This document shows positions 25,000 to 38,974 of a stretch of DNA of 64,000 nt, piece after piece. The notes beneath the pieces are model-generated. The model had not been told where the DNA came from. It did not search any database and saw only the letters and a program-made list of their open reading frames with translations. Source of the stretch: Xylographa opegraphella (taxonomy: Eukaryota); contig JALDZX010000022.1 of NCBI GenBank assembly GCA_022813865.1, positions 186,001 through 250,000 on the forward strand. The letters run 5' to 3'. Positions within the stretch are counted from its first letter, which is position 1; each line of letters opens with the position of its first letter. Position numbers and translations under genes: made by a program.

Positions 25000-27844
25000 T
25001 ATTAAGGTGGTTCAACACCGTGAAGACCGTCGTGCACGTCAGTGGCCTTGTAGAAAATTGACGGCGGTGGAGGACAGATACGACAGCTGAACGATGACGG
25101 TATAAGTACGAGGCAGGATATCGCAAGGATATCCAACGTCAAACACACTAGGAAACAGAACCGCTATGCGTGAGACATGATGAGGAAGTGAGGAGCGAGT
25201 TGATGATCGTTATGGATGTTGGTTTGATTGAACGTCCAGTGAGACGTGGATGTTTGTTCTGCACAACGATCGGAGAAGAGGTACCCGTCGGACCATCTGA
25301 TGATGTCGTAATACGAAGATGGAGGCAGGAGATGTGATGATACTCTCGTCGCTTGTGAGGTTCAAAGCAGGCTCATGTTGTCGACGCTTGGCATGAAGAG
25401 GATATCGGGGGGAAAGTGTGGGTAGTCGTTGGATGAAGAAGCTGAGAGGGCGGGAGGGGGCAGTGATGGCGTGAGATGGCCGTGTTGCCTTTCTGGCGGT
25501 CGGGCTTCTTCCTATGAGGGAGGGGAGTTTTCCGCGCACGATGGCGCTGCTTGGATTTAGTGTGAGAGTGTCCTCGGGGGGCGAGTGGTTATCGGGGGGG
25601 TCGGGGCGAGGGCGGCGCCTGCTTTCTTAGCACCGGACGAATCGGGCATCGTACAGGGGATGGCTGCTGATGCGTCGCCGGCCAATCACGCGCGCGGATC
25701 GATTGCTCGACAGTTGGCTTTTCAGGCACCGAGGCTCTCCTCCCAACACTGTTGTTGTCTCCAAAGACTCCAATCCAGCTTTCCATGAGTATTCCTTGAG
25801 CCTCACATGCTTGCATCGCAGCTATAACCACCATGAGCTCAATCGCGGGTTGTCTATATACAACTATTCGAATATCACGGGAGTACGCTACGGCTCTAAG
25901 AATCCCTCAATGATGATGCAGGTGTAAGATCATGACTCGTGCAGCGAGCAGCCCGACTACGATTGCGCAATCAAACACCTCTTTCACTGAGTTGCTGTTC
26001 TGCGTTGCCCAATGAACGAAAGCTCTTGCGAGCGTTAGCCATCTGAAGCGATGCTCATCATAGAAGGATTCCGTGGGAGCTCGTTCGCGCTCACTCCAGC
26101 CAAGGCCGCGGCGATCCGTACAGAGGCCTGCTCCACCCACCACCTCGGATTGCTTGTTGGCTTACTGGCAGGGCACTCCTACCCGAACCGTCTGACACTG
26201 CGCTGTCTGAACAGTTACCATGTCCCATCAGAGAGTGCCATCGTCTCAGTGGTTGCTTGATGAGGATCTCGGATCGGTCTACGAGGTATGCGCTGTGCTG
26301 GTTCTCAGGCCCCAGTCCGAGGCTCATCGTCGTGTGGTTATGGAAGGCAGTCGATCTCGTCCCGTTGTTGGCTGGTTGAATCATCTTTTACACTTCACCA
26401 AATTCCACATACAAAGTATACATATTTGTAAGCGATTGTACTTTTGCTGCGACTTCGAGAGAAACAATGATCAACTTTTGCGTTATGGCACCTCGAGAAC
26501 CGCCGTGGATTGTAACGACTTCGGGCCCAGGTCTTCCTTTCTGTGCGCACGTGCTAACTAGTCAGCCAACTCCGCACGACTTCCCTGCTATCACTCACGA
26601 ATCGGAAGCCACCTCTGCGGCCCCCGCCTGACAAACAGTGCTCACTGCTTGCCATATCTCACTGGTGGCATGGCAAATCTATTGGTTGTGTGTGTGAACA
26701 CGAGCATCATCTGGCATGGTCCTTGGAACTGATGCCGCAATACCCAGGCGGCAAAAAACTTGGTTTCATGTCGTCCTACCATAAGGTATCTCGAATTTCC
26801 CATATCTGAAATCTTTTCTGGGCAGGCAAAGAGGCATGAGCTGCCCCTTGTTGCCTTACCCATGCGTGTCAGGCACATGTACGATCGGCAGAGAACATCG
26901 AAGCAGCGTGCCTGAAGGACTCGGCTGTAATGCGACATGTTCCCCCAAGGCTACGAATTAATGACTGTGGTAGACCAGCAGGATATGAGTATCCGCTTGG
27001 CCAGACGAACATCGAGCCATGGTATAACCCTACGGGCGAGGCTGACCTTAACCTTGACATTCCGCTTAACATTTTCTCCGTCAATACCATGGTCGTGATG
27101 AACGTTCCCACAGTTCAGCCTCCACCCAACAATCTCCCGATGGAACCCAGCAGCAGCAAGGCTGGGCACGAGCTGAGTCCAGACCCAGAACCCTAGGTCT
27201 TTCGCGTGCGTGCTGCAGTCACACAAGGCGACCGCATACACCACCCTCGCGCCCAGCCTTGCCCGAGCATACCCTACAGGTATATCTCAGCTGAGCGTAT
27301 GCCTCTTGAGGAGAGCCTCAAGTACACACCAATAACCGTATTAGAGAGCAGCTCGCTTGAGGCTTGAGCAGCAATTCCAGATCCTGTGCAATTCATGGTC
27401 CTGAGCACTGTCCTTACCCAGGTATCTTGCTCGGAGGAAACCACTTCTCGTCAATTGACGTTCGCCTGGTGGAGTGGTTTGGAGGGTAATGCGCCGAGTG
27501 ATATCCATGGCCATTTGCTGGTTACCTTATTCCGGAACCCACTATCGACCTGACTCGATGCCGAATGTGATATTGCTTCGTCTGAAACGTCGTCCGCTGG
27601 TCTGTAGTGAAGGCAACTAGATACTCTAGAACCAAATGCCTACGAAGGAAGGCCCGCCACGAGTTTAGCTGAATCGTCCAGTGGCTATTGCAAGGCGGCA
27701 AGAAACATGCGTTCAAGAAATTACTGGACATAACCCAAGCCGCAAGTCACCATCTATTCATCGTAGCTTTTATCTATAGTCCGCATCCATCCAGCTCCTA
27801 TACCCTAACAACGCACAACAAAACTACGTAAAACACACACGCCT

Positions 27845-29294
27845 TCAACTCGTCTCCCGCACCACCTTGTCCATCGCCTTGGCGACATACTCCACATTCC
27901 CCGTATTGAGACCCGCCATACTGATCCGTCCGTTCTTGGTCATATACACGTGCGCGTCCTCCCGGATCTTCAGGACCTGCTTCTCCGTCAAGCCCGTGAA
28001 GCTGAACATGCCGATCTGTTCCGTGATGTGCTTCCAGCTGCCGGGCGTCCCCAGCTTCTCGAGGTTCTCCCGCAGCGCCTTCCGCATGTCGATGATGCGG
28101 CCGCTCATGGTCCGCAGGTTCACTTCCCACTCGGTGAACAGCTCCGGGTCGTTGAGCACGAGACTCGCTATGCGGGCTCCGTACGCCGGGGGGTTGCTGA
28201 TTTCGCTACGTTGAAGAATGGCCAGCTGGGAGCCAATCCGAGCGATTGTGTTCTGGGCATCCGAGCCAGCGCCGGTGACGAAATGGAAAGCACCGGCTCG
28301 CTCGCCGTATAGTCCGAAGTTCTTGGCGAACGATTGAGCGATGCAGAGCTCGAAGCCTTGCTCGACGAAATAGCGCACTGCCCAGGCGTCGTTCCCAAGG
28401 CTCCCGGACGCGAAGCCTTGGTAGGCGCAGTCGAAGAATGGGAAATGGTTCTTAGCACGAATGATTTTGGAAAGCTCCTTCCATTGTTCTCGAGTGGGAT
28501 CCACGCCGGTGGGATTGTGGGCACAGGCGTGCAAAAGCATGATACTACCTTCCGGTGCCTGTTCGATCGTGGACCGCATGCCCTCGAAGTCGAGGCCTTT
28601 CGTTTGCGGTGAGAAGTATGGGTAGGTTTTGATGGGTAAATGCACATTTGAGAAGATCTGGTTGTGGTTCGCCCACGTAGGGGAGGAGAAGTGAACGGGT
28701 TGATCGGTCCGTCGTGGGTAGAATTTAGAAAGGAAAAGGGCACCAAGATGGACGGCTCCTGTGCCAGAGATGGTTTGAAAACTGACAACCTGGAACAAGC
28801 GTTAGTATTATCATGTTAGACCTGTAAGACCTGGCTTACCCGCTTGTCCTTCACTGCCGGGCTGTCAGCCCCGAGTATGAGCTTTTGAGCCGCGGATGTG
28901 AATTCAGGAAGACCCGCAATAGGTAGGTATTCATGATTAAGATTCGGATCTTCTCGTAATCGCTCGTCTGCCTGGAGACCATGAAGCGTAAGTATGTGCC
29001 TTCCAATCGGGTCTCAGATCAGACTTGAGCGAAATTCACCTTTTTAACCACAGGCAAAACCCATGGTTTGGCATTATTATCTCTGTAGGCTCCGATTCCA
29101 AGATCGACCTTCTTCTCAAAGTTGTCTTTCCGATATGCGGCCATCAACCCAAAGAGTGGGTCTTCAGGGGCTTGCGGAACATTGTCCGAAGTGAAAACGG
29201 TGGGGTTTGAGCCGTCCATGTGGCCTTTGATGTGGGCAAGTCGGTTGGTGGGATTTGCAGACGGAGAGGAGGAGTTTGGTGAGTGGTGAGCCAT
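27845..29294 (-). CDS. AAT2: Aspartate aminotransferase, cytosolic/peroxisomal type
   Basis: APEDPLFGL, DLGIGAYRD, QTISGTGA, HACAHNPTGVD, PLP-binding SFAKNFGLYGERAG, GRISMAGLN; two introns. Confidence 0.96.
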
Positions 29295-29355
29295 TTTGAG
29301 ACCGGGAGCTCTCGCGTGTCGGCTACAGCTTTGGCACGATTTACGGGGCTAACTG

Positions 29356-29391
29356 TTTTATAAATACTTACCCTATGACAGCGTGCCGAGG
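29356..29391 (-). promoter_or_regulatory. AAT2 promoter: CCTCGG (FarA/FarB core motif) about 20 bp upstream of TATAAAA
   Basis: CCGAGG at 29386-29391 on plus (CCTCGG on minus); TTTTATA at 29356-29362. Confidence 0.45.
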
Positions 29392-31745
29392 TACTATTGC
29401 ATGCAAGTACTTGAGTACATCATGTGGACGGACCAATAGGCGCACTTTCGGTCTTGTTGTTGGTCGAGCATGTGCATTCTCTGGTTAAGTTTGCTATTGT
29501 CCTCATTTATTATTCTGCAGTGGACTGATTAAGTCGTGTGACTAAAGTTAAAGTCTGCAACGATGATCTTGAGTGATTGAAGTGGCAACTTCTTGCCTTC
29601 TTGAGTCCACATTTAAGTATGTATACTATGAACAGCGAGGTCGATTTGTATATATCGAAGTGGTGTACTTTTCTTCACTAGGTATTTCTTCTACGTGAAA
29701 TCGTCTATCTACACAGGGGTTCTCTTCTGGCGTTCAAATCCTTATTTTTCGCCTCAAAACAATGGCTCCATTACCTGGGTATATTTCGAATATTCCAAAT
29801 AACAACTCTGCTCCACCCGGCACACCACCAATACTGGGTATCACGCGTATCTCTGAGATATTACTACGGCCATCCTGTGCTGAATATTAGATGTCGCTCA
29901 ACTGAACCTATCTTTACTTTCGCTTCATAATCATCATAACTCTGATCATAAATGTTCTCATTATCCTTGCTGCGTTTCGCATGCTGCACTAGTGACAATG
30001 GTCAGTCGCCTCCATGGCACACAAAGAAATCCTCGGTTTTGTTGATCCTTCACCCAATCGAGGGCTTAGAGCTTGAACAATGGACGATTTTGATGTTCGG
30101 CCAAGAAAAGATGCTGACGGGCTAGCGGCACGGGAGGAGGAAAAGGTGAAAATTCCAGAGAATTTGGCTAGATTATTAAGTCAACGGATCACTGGAGGCC
30201 ATAAGGATTGTTGACGTGGAGCATGCGCGTGACGTATAGATTGTGGAGGCACCCTTCATTCGGGCCGCAGCAGGGCACGACGACACGATAAAGTTTGTCA
30301 CGAAGTGTCTGGCTCGAGACTTCCCACTGTCTTTGGCATTCGACCCGACCATATGAGCAGATTCTGCGCGCTGCAAGCTCTTTCTCACAGACCACATCAG
30401 ACAGAAGAATTCCGACGGATACCAGTACAAAGTGATTTGTCAGGAGAATCTCGCCGCTCGAGATATCTCACTACAATGTTCAGACAGGGGAAACCTGATG
30501 CTTCTTGTGATGCCGTGAGATAAGAGGTTTGAGTAGCCAGTCACCTTTCAGGGTATATATGTAGCTGTATGTTCTCTTGCTGATGGCTTTTTGAGCCTGG
30601 AACTGCTAGTGCAGATTTGAGGTGAGGAGACGATATTGACGACTCAGATCGCCTAAGGGAGTGAATAGAGAATTTAGAACGTAGAGAGGAGGCGAAGTAG
30701 AATAAACGGCTAACATTCTCAAAAGCTTGTATGCCGATTAGGAGTTAGTATTTCGTAGTCGACCGAACCTGCCTGCGAATTTATACATATCTCAGAATTT
30801 GTCAGACAATCAATTTGCGTACAGCACCCGAGGGCGTGAGGTACTACACGCCGTTCGTAAGGCATATTGTCGCAATTCTTGAGCTAACATATCCATGCAT
30901 CAATAATATTTAAGAGTCATAGGTTTAGTCAGAATATTATGAATGAAAGGATGTACATTGAGTATCTCTCAGCAGCACGGAAATTCGTCCATAATAGGAT
31001 TTGTCACTGGACCTGCCTAGTATTTATTTCCCTTGCGAATGATTATTTCTTGCGTCACATTTCATCAGATGCTGTTTGGTTGAGAATTCTACATACTCAT
31101 TGCTTAAGACCAAAGCCAAAAATACTTACTACCGGGTTGACCTCAAGACAAAGGAGTTCAGATGAAAGCGGAGATAATCAAAGGTTGACAGTAGAGAGAA
31201 ACTTTGACTTCCAAAGATCGCCGAACGCTGAGGAAGGACTTGAAACCAGATAAAGAGCAGTCAGTTAGCTGACGATAACTGCTTTGATAAGTCCATTCCT
31301 GGCTTGACACCCAAGCTTTACGGATTTCATAGCAGAGAGTAGAGAGTGGATTGAATTTCTAAGCCACAGATATAGGTTGCGAAGAAGTCCGGAAGTTAGT
31401 ACTATGTTATGGAAATGCACTCAGTAGCGGTTTCGGCATACAATAATAAATCGAAGATCAACCCTTTGATATAGCACATGCTCGATCATTAGATATAGAT
31501 CAAATTGTAAATTGTATGGTGGACAGTTTATTTGGTAACTGTGTGGATCGTGATGTTAGCAGCGCTTTGGATCAATCGACACCCATCCACCATGCCTCGC
31601 TCCTCACACCCTAGCGTCTCTTTAACGTGACCAGAAAGCATCTAAGTATCTACGGTTTTCTGAAGCAGCCATTTCATTGAAGCTTCAACGCCCATTTCAC
31701 CAATGCGATCAGCAGGCAGCCTGGTCGCATCATTCACTCCTTACG

Positions 31746-34700
31746 ATGGCGCGGATCAACAGGTATAGCTTTCTGGCCATCGCTGTGGTATTTCACATAA
31801 TTTATGGCTATTCAATATTCGACATTTATTTTGTGAGCCCCATCGTTCATGGCATGAAAGCACATTCTGTGCTACAAAACAGCAACTTTAAAGCCCCCGC
31901 TCAGAGACTTGTCCTCTTCGTTGGTGACGGCCTCCGCGCAGACAAGGCTTTTCAGTCATTTCCAGATCCCTCACCTTCGACACGAAATGCGCCTGGCGCT
32001 CAGGAACCACGACCCCTTATGCCATTTTTGAGGTCACGCGTTGAAAATCATGGAACGTTCGGGGTTTCTCATACAAGAGTTCCCACCGAGTCTAGACCTG
32101 GGCATGTTGCTCTTATAGCTGGTCTGTACGAAGACGTGTCTGCGGTTATGACTGGATGGAAGCTCAACCCGGTCAATTTTGACAGTGTCTTCAATCGGAG
32201 CAGACATACCTGGAGTTGGGGAAGTCCGGATATTCTACCCATGTTTAAGGAAGGTGCCGTTGAAGGTAGAGTTCATGCCGACGTATACGGCGAAGAAGCC
32301 GAGGACTTTACACAGGGTCCAACTCTCTGTGACTTGTCTGTGGGCTTCAGTTACTAAGATTTGATAGATGCAACGAATCTCGATACCTGGGTATTTAACA
32401 AGGTGGAAGATATGTTTGCAGCCGCAGCGAACAACTCGACATTGAACGATGCTCTACGACAAGACAAGAACGTTTTCTTCCTCCATCTTCTCGGACTTGA
32501 TACCACTGGCCATGCTTACAGACCGTATTCGAACGAATACCTGCACAATATCAAGGTCGTGGATGAAGGAGTGGAGAAAATCTCCAAGACTATTGAGCAA
32601 TTCTATGGGGATGACAAAACAGCATTTGTTTTCACGGCTGACCATGGCATGAGCGATATGGGTAGTCACGGGGATGGTCATCCAGACAACACCAGGACAC
32701 CGCTAATTGTATGGGGCTCTGGTGTTCAGAAGCCGATCAAAGCCGAGTCGGGCATCGCAGCGGGCCATGAAGATGGGTTTTCCTCGGACTGGAACCTCAA
32801 TCTTGTCACACGACACGATGTAGCACAGGCCGACATTGCACCCCTAATGGCCTATCTGGCAGGTCTCGAATTTCCTGTGAATTCAGTTGGGGAGCTTCCG
32901 CTTGACTACCTATCTGGTAATGTCCCGGAGCAAGCCGAGGCGGCACTAGTGAATGTGCAAGGCATACTTGAGATTTATCGAGTCAAAGAGGAGCAGAAGA
33001 GGGCGACTGAATTCAAATATAAGCCCTATCCTGCTTTTGCTGATGAAGAACATTCAATCGACCATCGTATCGACTCGATCCGATCATCAATTGAGAGTGG
33101 TGACTATGAAGAAGCTATACACCAAAGCCGTGAGCTATTGAAGCTTGGACTCGAAGGCTTGAGGTATCTCCAAACATATGATTGGTTATTTCTTAGAGTA
33201 CTCGTCACTATTGGCTATTTGGGCTGGATTGCTTTTGCGATCACGACTGTCATCGACCTACATGTTCTGCACGGAAAGATGGAACCAACGAGAACAATAA
33301 CGCTCACTGGAACATATGGTATACTACTGCTTGCTTTCTATTGGCGACTCTGGCTTCGATCATCGCCAATTACCTACTATGCTTACGCCTTCTTTCCCGT
33401 CGTGTTTTGGGAAGAGGTTTGGGCGCGTCGGCGATCGTTGGTTGCAGGTAGAGCCGCTTTGATGGGTCATGTTAAATCCACGTCTGATGCGGTCGCTATC
33501 ACAATTAAATTATTGGCATCGCTAGGACTCCTTGAAGCTCTAGTATTCATTGCTCCTAATCAGATGAAACATCATGATTCTGACCATACTTTAGGTTTTG
33601 TCATACTCACAGCGCTGGGTCTTTACTGTTTGCTTCATCGCCGCAGTCTTCTGGCCCTTTTTCTATGGACAGAGATTTGTCAAGGAAAACAAAGCTCTTG
33701 TCATAATATGGGACATAACATGTATCTTAATGAATCTGTTTACGCTATTGCCTGTTTTGAAGGTCGAAGACACGAATCAGATGTATGTATACCTCTTAAA
33801 AGAAACACCGGGTTAACGATTACGATGCAACATCTCATATTGAGCTTCCCAAAGTCTGTGCTGACTTCAGTGGTGTAGCATAATGGGTGGCTTTCTGATG
33901 GCTTTTGTCGGCCTTCTTTATCTTTTCTTTGAAAGCACCCTGCTTTCGCCGACAGGACAAAAGAGCCCGCTCATCCGTCGTGAAAATGGATTGTCTAGGG
34001 CGATAATCGGTGTACAAATCGGGTTGATCGTGCTGGCCACAATCGTGACGCGCTCCAGCGTTATGTCCTTGCAGGCTAAACGTGGCCTACCTAAAGGAAA
34101 TCAAGTGTTGGGATGGATAATACTACGTTGGTCCCCTCCTGGCTGCGATGGACTGTTCTAACTCTTAGAAAGTCGCCTCTCTCACGATACCTTTCTTGCA
34201 TGCTCAGCAACCAAACAAGCACTACCTGCACCGCCTTGTCGTCATATTCCTGACGTTTTCGCCTGCATTCGTCATCCTCACAATATCCTATGAAGGCCTA
34301 TTTTATTTCGTGTTCTGTATCTTCCTCGTGACATGGGTCCGACTCGAACATCATGTTCACACCTTCACAACTAGTCAGCGAGCATCTCCGCCATCACCAA
34401 CCATCAAAGCCAAATCGCTTGACTCAGCCCTGTCTTCGATTTCATCACAACTGAAGTCGCCGATCAAATTCGATGACATTTACCATTATCGTTCACTTAC
34501 ACTTTCGGACGCACGCATCTCGCTCTTCTTTCTCTTTCTGTTGCAAGCGGCTTTCTTCTTGACTGGAAACGTTGCATCGGTCTCATCCTTTTCCCTTGAT
34601 AGTGTGTATCGGCTGATCCCGGTCTTCGATCCATTCTCGCAAGGCGCGCTACTCCTCTTCAAGCTCATGATCCCCTTTGCGGTGATCTCGGCCAACCTGG

Positions 34701-35017
34701 GGGTACTCAACCGGAGGCTCGGGATAGCGCCGTCCAGTCTGTTCATGGTGGTAATGGCAATCAGTGATGTGATGACGCTGAACTTTTTCTGGGTGGTCAA
34801 GGACGAAGGCAGCTGGCTGGATATTGGGACCAGTATCAGCCACTTTGTCATTGCCAGCCTCTTCTGTGTATTCGTGGCGTTGCTCGAATTTGTCAGCGAA
34901 GTCTTCTCTAGTGGTGTTGATGTGGACGATAGCCGGCTACGGAGCGAAGATGGGATGAATGGGACGGGTGCAGGAAAGGAGGTCGGAAATGCCAATGGTA
35001 AGGCGAAAGACCATTAG
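31746..35017 (+). CDS. MCD4: GPI ethanolamine phosphate transferase 1
   Basis: [82 protein letters not shown]. Confidence 0.97.
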
Positions 35018-35695
35018 TCCAGAACACAACTCACGATGGTGCGCCGGCACATGGAAAGTGTCGAACTGTATATTAGGACAAACGATACACATAATATGTT
35101 CCGGTCGTTGAAGTTAAAACATGGGAAGACGAAGAGATTGAGGACGAATTAGCCAATGCAGTGATTGCCATCCTCATGACACCGTACAACACGCATAAAG
35201 CACGGTCCCGTTCAAAGCGTGGATCCGACATCCCGCGCACAGCCACTGCATGATTGTTCATGAAATGCGCACCAACAAAGCCATAGTATTTGAAATCATC
35301 GCGAATTAGACGAACTCGATGTCTGCGTGCGTTTGCTAATCGGCGACTAGGATAGCGGAGCGAATAGTCAAGAGCAACGCCTCGACCTCTAACTGTCAGT
35401 CTCTCCATGTACTATACTCTGCAGAGTAGGTAGTCAGTCTGTTCCACGATACGGGCAGCTCACAACCTAATAAGGTAGGAAGGATACCGCACCCATACGG
35501 GACGACTCGCTAAAGGAGGAGAAGCTAGTCAGCTGGGTCACCGGGGTGGTTTGGAGTAGAGTGCCGCACCTTGAAGACAAATCAATCCGATCTTCATGTA
35601 ATAGTTGCAAGCCTCTCACTTTGGGATGACTTGCTCACACACTCCCTCAGATACTACTGCAGTATCGTTCCGGGAATCGTGAATATCGCACGCTC

Positions 35696-38600
35696 ATGGC
35701 CTCGGTCGCTGTACCCCCGAACGCACACCCAGGTGGAGGGTCACTGCCGAACACCAATGCAGCTCCCAGTTCACAGACACCCGGTCACCCCAGCTTTAGA
35801 AGGTATGTCTTCGGTGCGGAAGAAAGAACAACACTGTAGATGGAAGATCTAAGATCTCTGTCCGTTCAGGCAACGCGCATCGAGAGCGTGCGAGGTAAGC
35901 CTCTGGACTTCACTATCTACTGTTATCCAACCTCGGTACCTCGGTCGGTGGCTGATCACTCATTCCTGCAGACATGTCACTCCCGCAAGGTATGCCAATC
36001 ATCAAAGCCGTGATTGGAGAGCAGTCACGCCTCTGATAGTGGCTGAGGATTGTTCTGCAGGTACGATGCGATGCAGCGAGCTTAGGCGTGCCGTGCACGA
36101 ACTGCGTCGCCTTCTCCATCGAATGCAAGATCCCAGCACCAAAGAGGAAGAAGACTCATGGAAAGATCAAGGATTCTGATAGGCAAGACGACTAAAGTCC
36201 CCAATCAAGAAAGTTTACCGACTGACCAGACAAACGCCTCAGTGACCGTGCGGACTCACCTCGCGGACTGTCACCAACCACCGATGGATCGGGAACCTTT
36301 CATGCGCCTCCGGGAAACGGACTTTACAATGGAGAGCGCGGTATGCCAGTCACAACGCTGTCAGAGCTCCAAGCTGCACAACAAGTTAGTAATGATGGGT
36401 CTATGATCCCATTCATGAAGCCCAAATTTGCAAGAGCGCCAATAAAGGAAGCTGGCAGGGTGGCATACCTTGGGGAATCCTCGAATCTATCGTTATTGGT
36501 TCATGACTGGCATGGAACGACGGATGTTGTCCACTACCCTCTCCCGGATACTGTAAAGGGATCACGAGCACGGTTGACAGAGCTTGATAACGTGGAGATT
36601 GACATTCTACATCAACGAGGAGCATTCCTGCTTCCACCTCGTGCTCTGTGCGATGAGCTTGTGGATTCCTTCTTCAATTGGGTCGCGCCCGTGGTGCCTG
36701 TTATCAACAGAAGTCGTTTCATGCGGCGATATCGAGACAACAAGAATCCACCTTCACTGCTGCTTCTGCAGGCTATTTTGCTGGCTGGATCTAGGGTCTG
36801 CACGAATACACAGCTAATGGACGCAAACGGGTCAACTACGCCCGCCGCAATGACTTTTTACAAGCGGGCCAAGGCGTTGTATGATGCCAACTACGAAGAC
36901 GATAGAGTAACGATTGTGCAGGCGTTGATCCTCATGGGATGGTATTGGGAGGGACCCGAGGGCAAGTATCCGGAACTCGCTACTCTCGTCGATGCATGTT
37001 ACTCTGACATTGCAGCAGACGTGACACGCAATGTCTTTTATTGGAGTAGAGTTGCTACCATTGTTGCACAGGGATCAGGCATGCACCGAAGGTGACGATA
37101 TCTTCTCCCTGTTAGAATTAAGGTTACCAGGAGCTGATCCCGCACAGTGTCGAAGGGTCACAGCTCAGTCGAGCGGACAAGCGGCTTTGGAAACGAATTT
37201 GGTGGACTTTGTTCACCCGTGATCGGTCTGTAGCTGTGGCTCTCGGCCGACCGGTACATATCAATACCGATGACTCCGATGTTGAAATGATATCCGAGGA
37301 CGATTTTATCGAGGATGAAACTGACATAAAAGCCGAGTTGGCGCCCGACCACGTGCATGTGCAGTTCTTTCTTCAGTACGTTCGACTTTGCGAGATAATG
37401 GGCTTGGTACTCTCGCAACAGTATTCGGTAGCTTCCAAGGCTAGACGACAGAATGCGATTGATTTGACACACAGTGATATGGCTCTGGCGGACTGGTTGC
37501 AGAACTGCGCAAAAGAGGTCACATGGGAAAAGTCTCGGCATCATTTCTGGTCGGCACTGCTACACTCAAACTATTAGTGAGTCCTAGAAAAGCTTTCTAA
37601 CCCCCAATGGCTGAATATCTACAGCACCACCCTATGCTTGTTACACCGAGCTCACATGCCTCCTGCAACCACGCATTCCAACGGACAGCCCAATGGGTAC
37701 CCCGAAGATGCTGCTTACCCGTCACGCACCATTGCCTTTCAAGCAGCTGCTATGATTACCTCTATAGTTGAAAGCCTCCAAGCTCACGACCAACTCAAAT
37801 TTACTCCCGCATTCATGTAAGGCAACATTCAATAGCTTGATGATCATCTTATAACGGCAAATCCAGTGTATACAGTTTGTTTTCCGCACTCATCATGCAC
37901 GTTTACCAAATGCGCTCCTCCAACCCTTCTGTTGTCTCGGCTACTCAAGAGCGCATGCGAGTTTGCATGGACGCCCTGAAAGAAGTTTCAAAAGTTTGGC
38001 TTGTTGCCAAAATGGTCCATACCCTCTTCCTCTCGATCCTCGGTAACAAAGTTCTCGAGGAGAAGCTCCAAAAGGCGCCGGGCAAACGCCACAAGAAGAT
38101 GAAAGTTGACCAGTCCCTCCAATCTGGTGATCAACCCAAGCTCAACTATGACGAAGTGGCCTACGGCTACATTCACGGAGGGCCACCAGCCCCAGCGGTC
38201 TCATACGAACGTTCTCGTCCCCAAACCCCTGCCGTCACCCCGTCCCGCGACCTCGGGCAGCAATCTTCGTCCAGCATGCCCGCGCCGCCTATTCATTCTC
38301 CCAACATGCGACAACCCGGCGATTCTTCGTCGCTCTTCCCATCACGCGGCAACACGCGGCCCACCACGCCCTTCAACTCCTTCTCAGTGCCCGCCACCCC
38401 ACCGGACTTCTACCTCGTGACGCGCAACTCGCCCCCCATATCCCAGTCCCTGTGGGAGAACTTCCAGCCCGACCAGCTGTTCCCGGAGAGCACCAACATG
38501 GCCTTCCCCATGCAGTACTCCCTCGGCACCCAACAACAGAACCTCGACCCACAGCTACACATGCCGCAGATGCAGCAGACCCCCGTGCTGGCGCACAGTA

Positions 38601-38974
38601 TGCAGGCCCATCTCCCGCAGAGGGGCATGCGGGGTGCCTCCAGCGACGCTCAGATGGGCATGGGCATACAGATGCCGCAGGACCAGACCGCGTGGGCGAA
38701 CCAGTTGAGCCCCGAGGACACGTGGAGCAATAGTAGTAGGGGCCAGCAGATGCCTGTGGCACCCGCGACGCTGAATGTGGAGGATTGGTGAGCCGCCCTT
38801 ATCTGTTTTCGTTTTTCGTTCATTGTTTCCCCATGTTTTCGTCCCTTGGATATGGTGACTGTCATGGTGCGAGAGAGTCAATCGCTGATGGTCTTCCTTG
38901 TCGTGGGTTTTAGGGTCCAGTTCTTCGGCATGACGAGCTTGGATATGAACGGCCTGAACGGCGACGGGATGTGA
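35696..38974 (+). CDS. farA: Zn2Cys6 transcription factor, cutinase transcription factor 1 alpha / FarA
   Basis: SFRR|QRASRACE|TCHSRK|VRCDAASLGVPCTNCVAFSIEC, assembled from micro-exons 35870-35894 and 35972-35989; EAGRVAYLGESSNLSLLVHD; fungal TF domain; C-terminal TLNVEDW|VQFFG. Confidence 0.93.

Noticed and set aside
27820..27847. Cryptic PTS1 by stop read-through in AAT2
   Set aside because: The stop context is TGA AGG, not TGA CTA, and the extension (RRVCFT*) lacks an SKL-like end.
29725..29745. B-box-like GTTCAAATCC
   Set aside because: No pairing T-stem or acceptor stem found.
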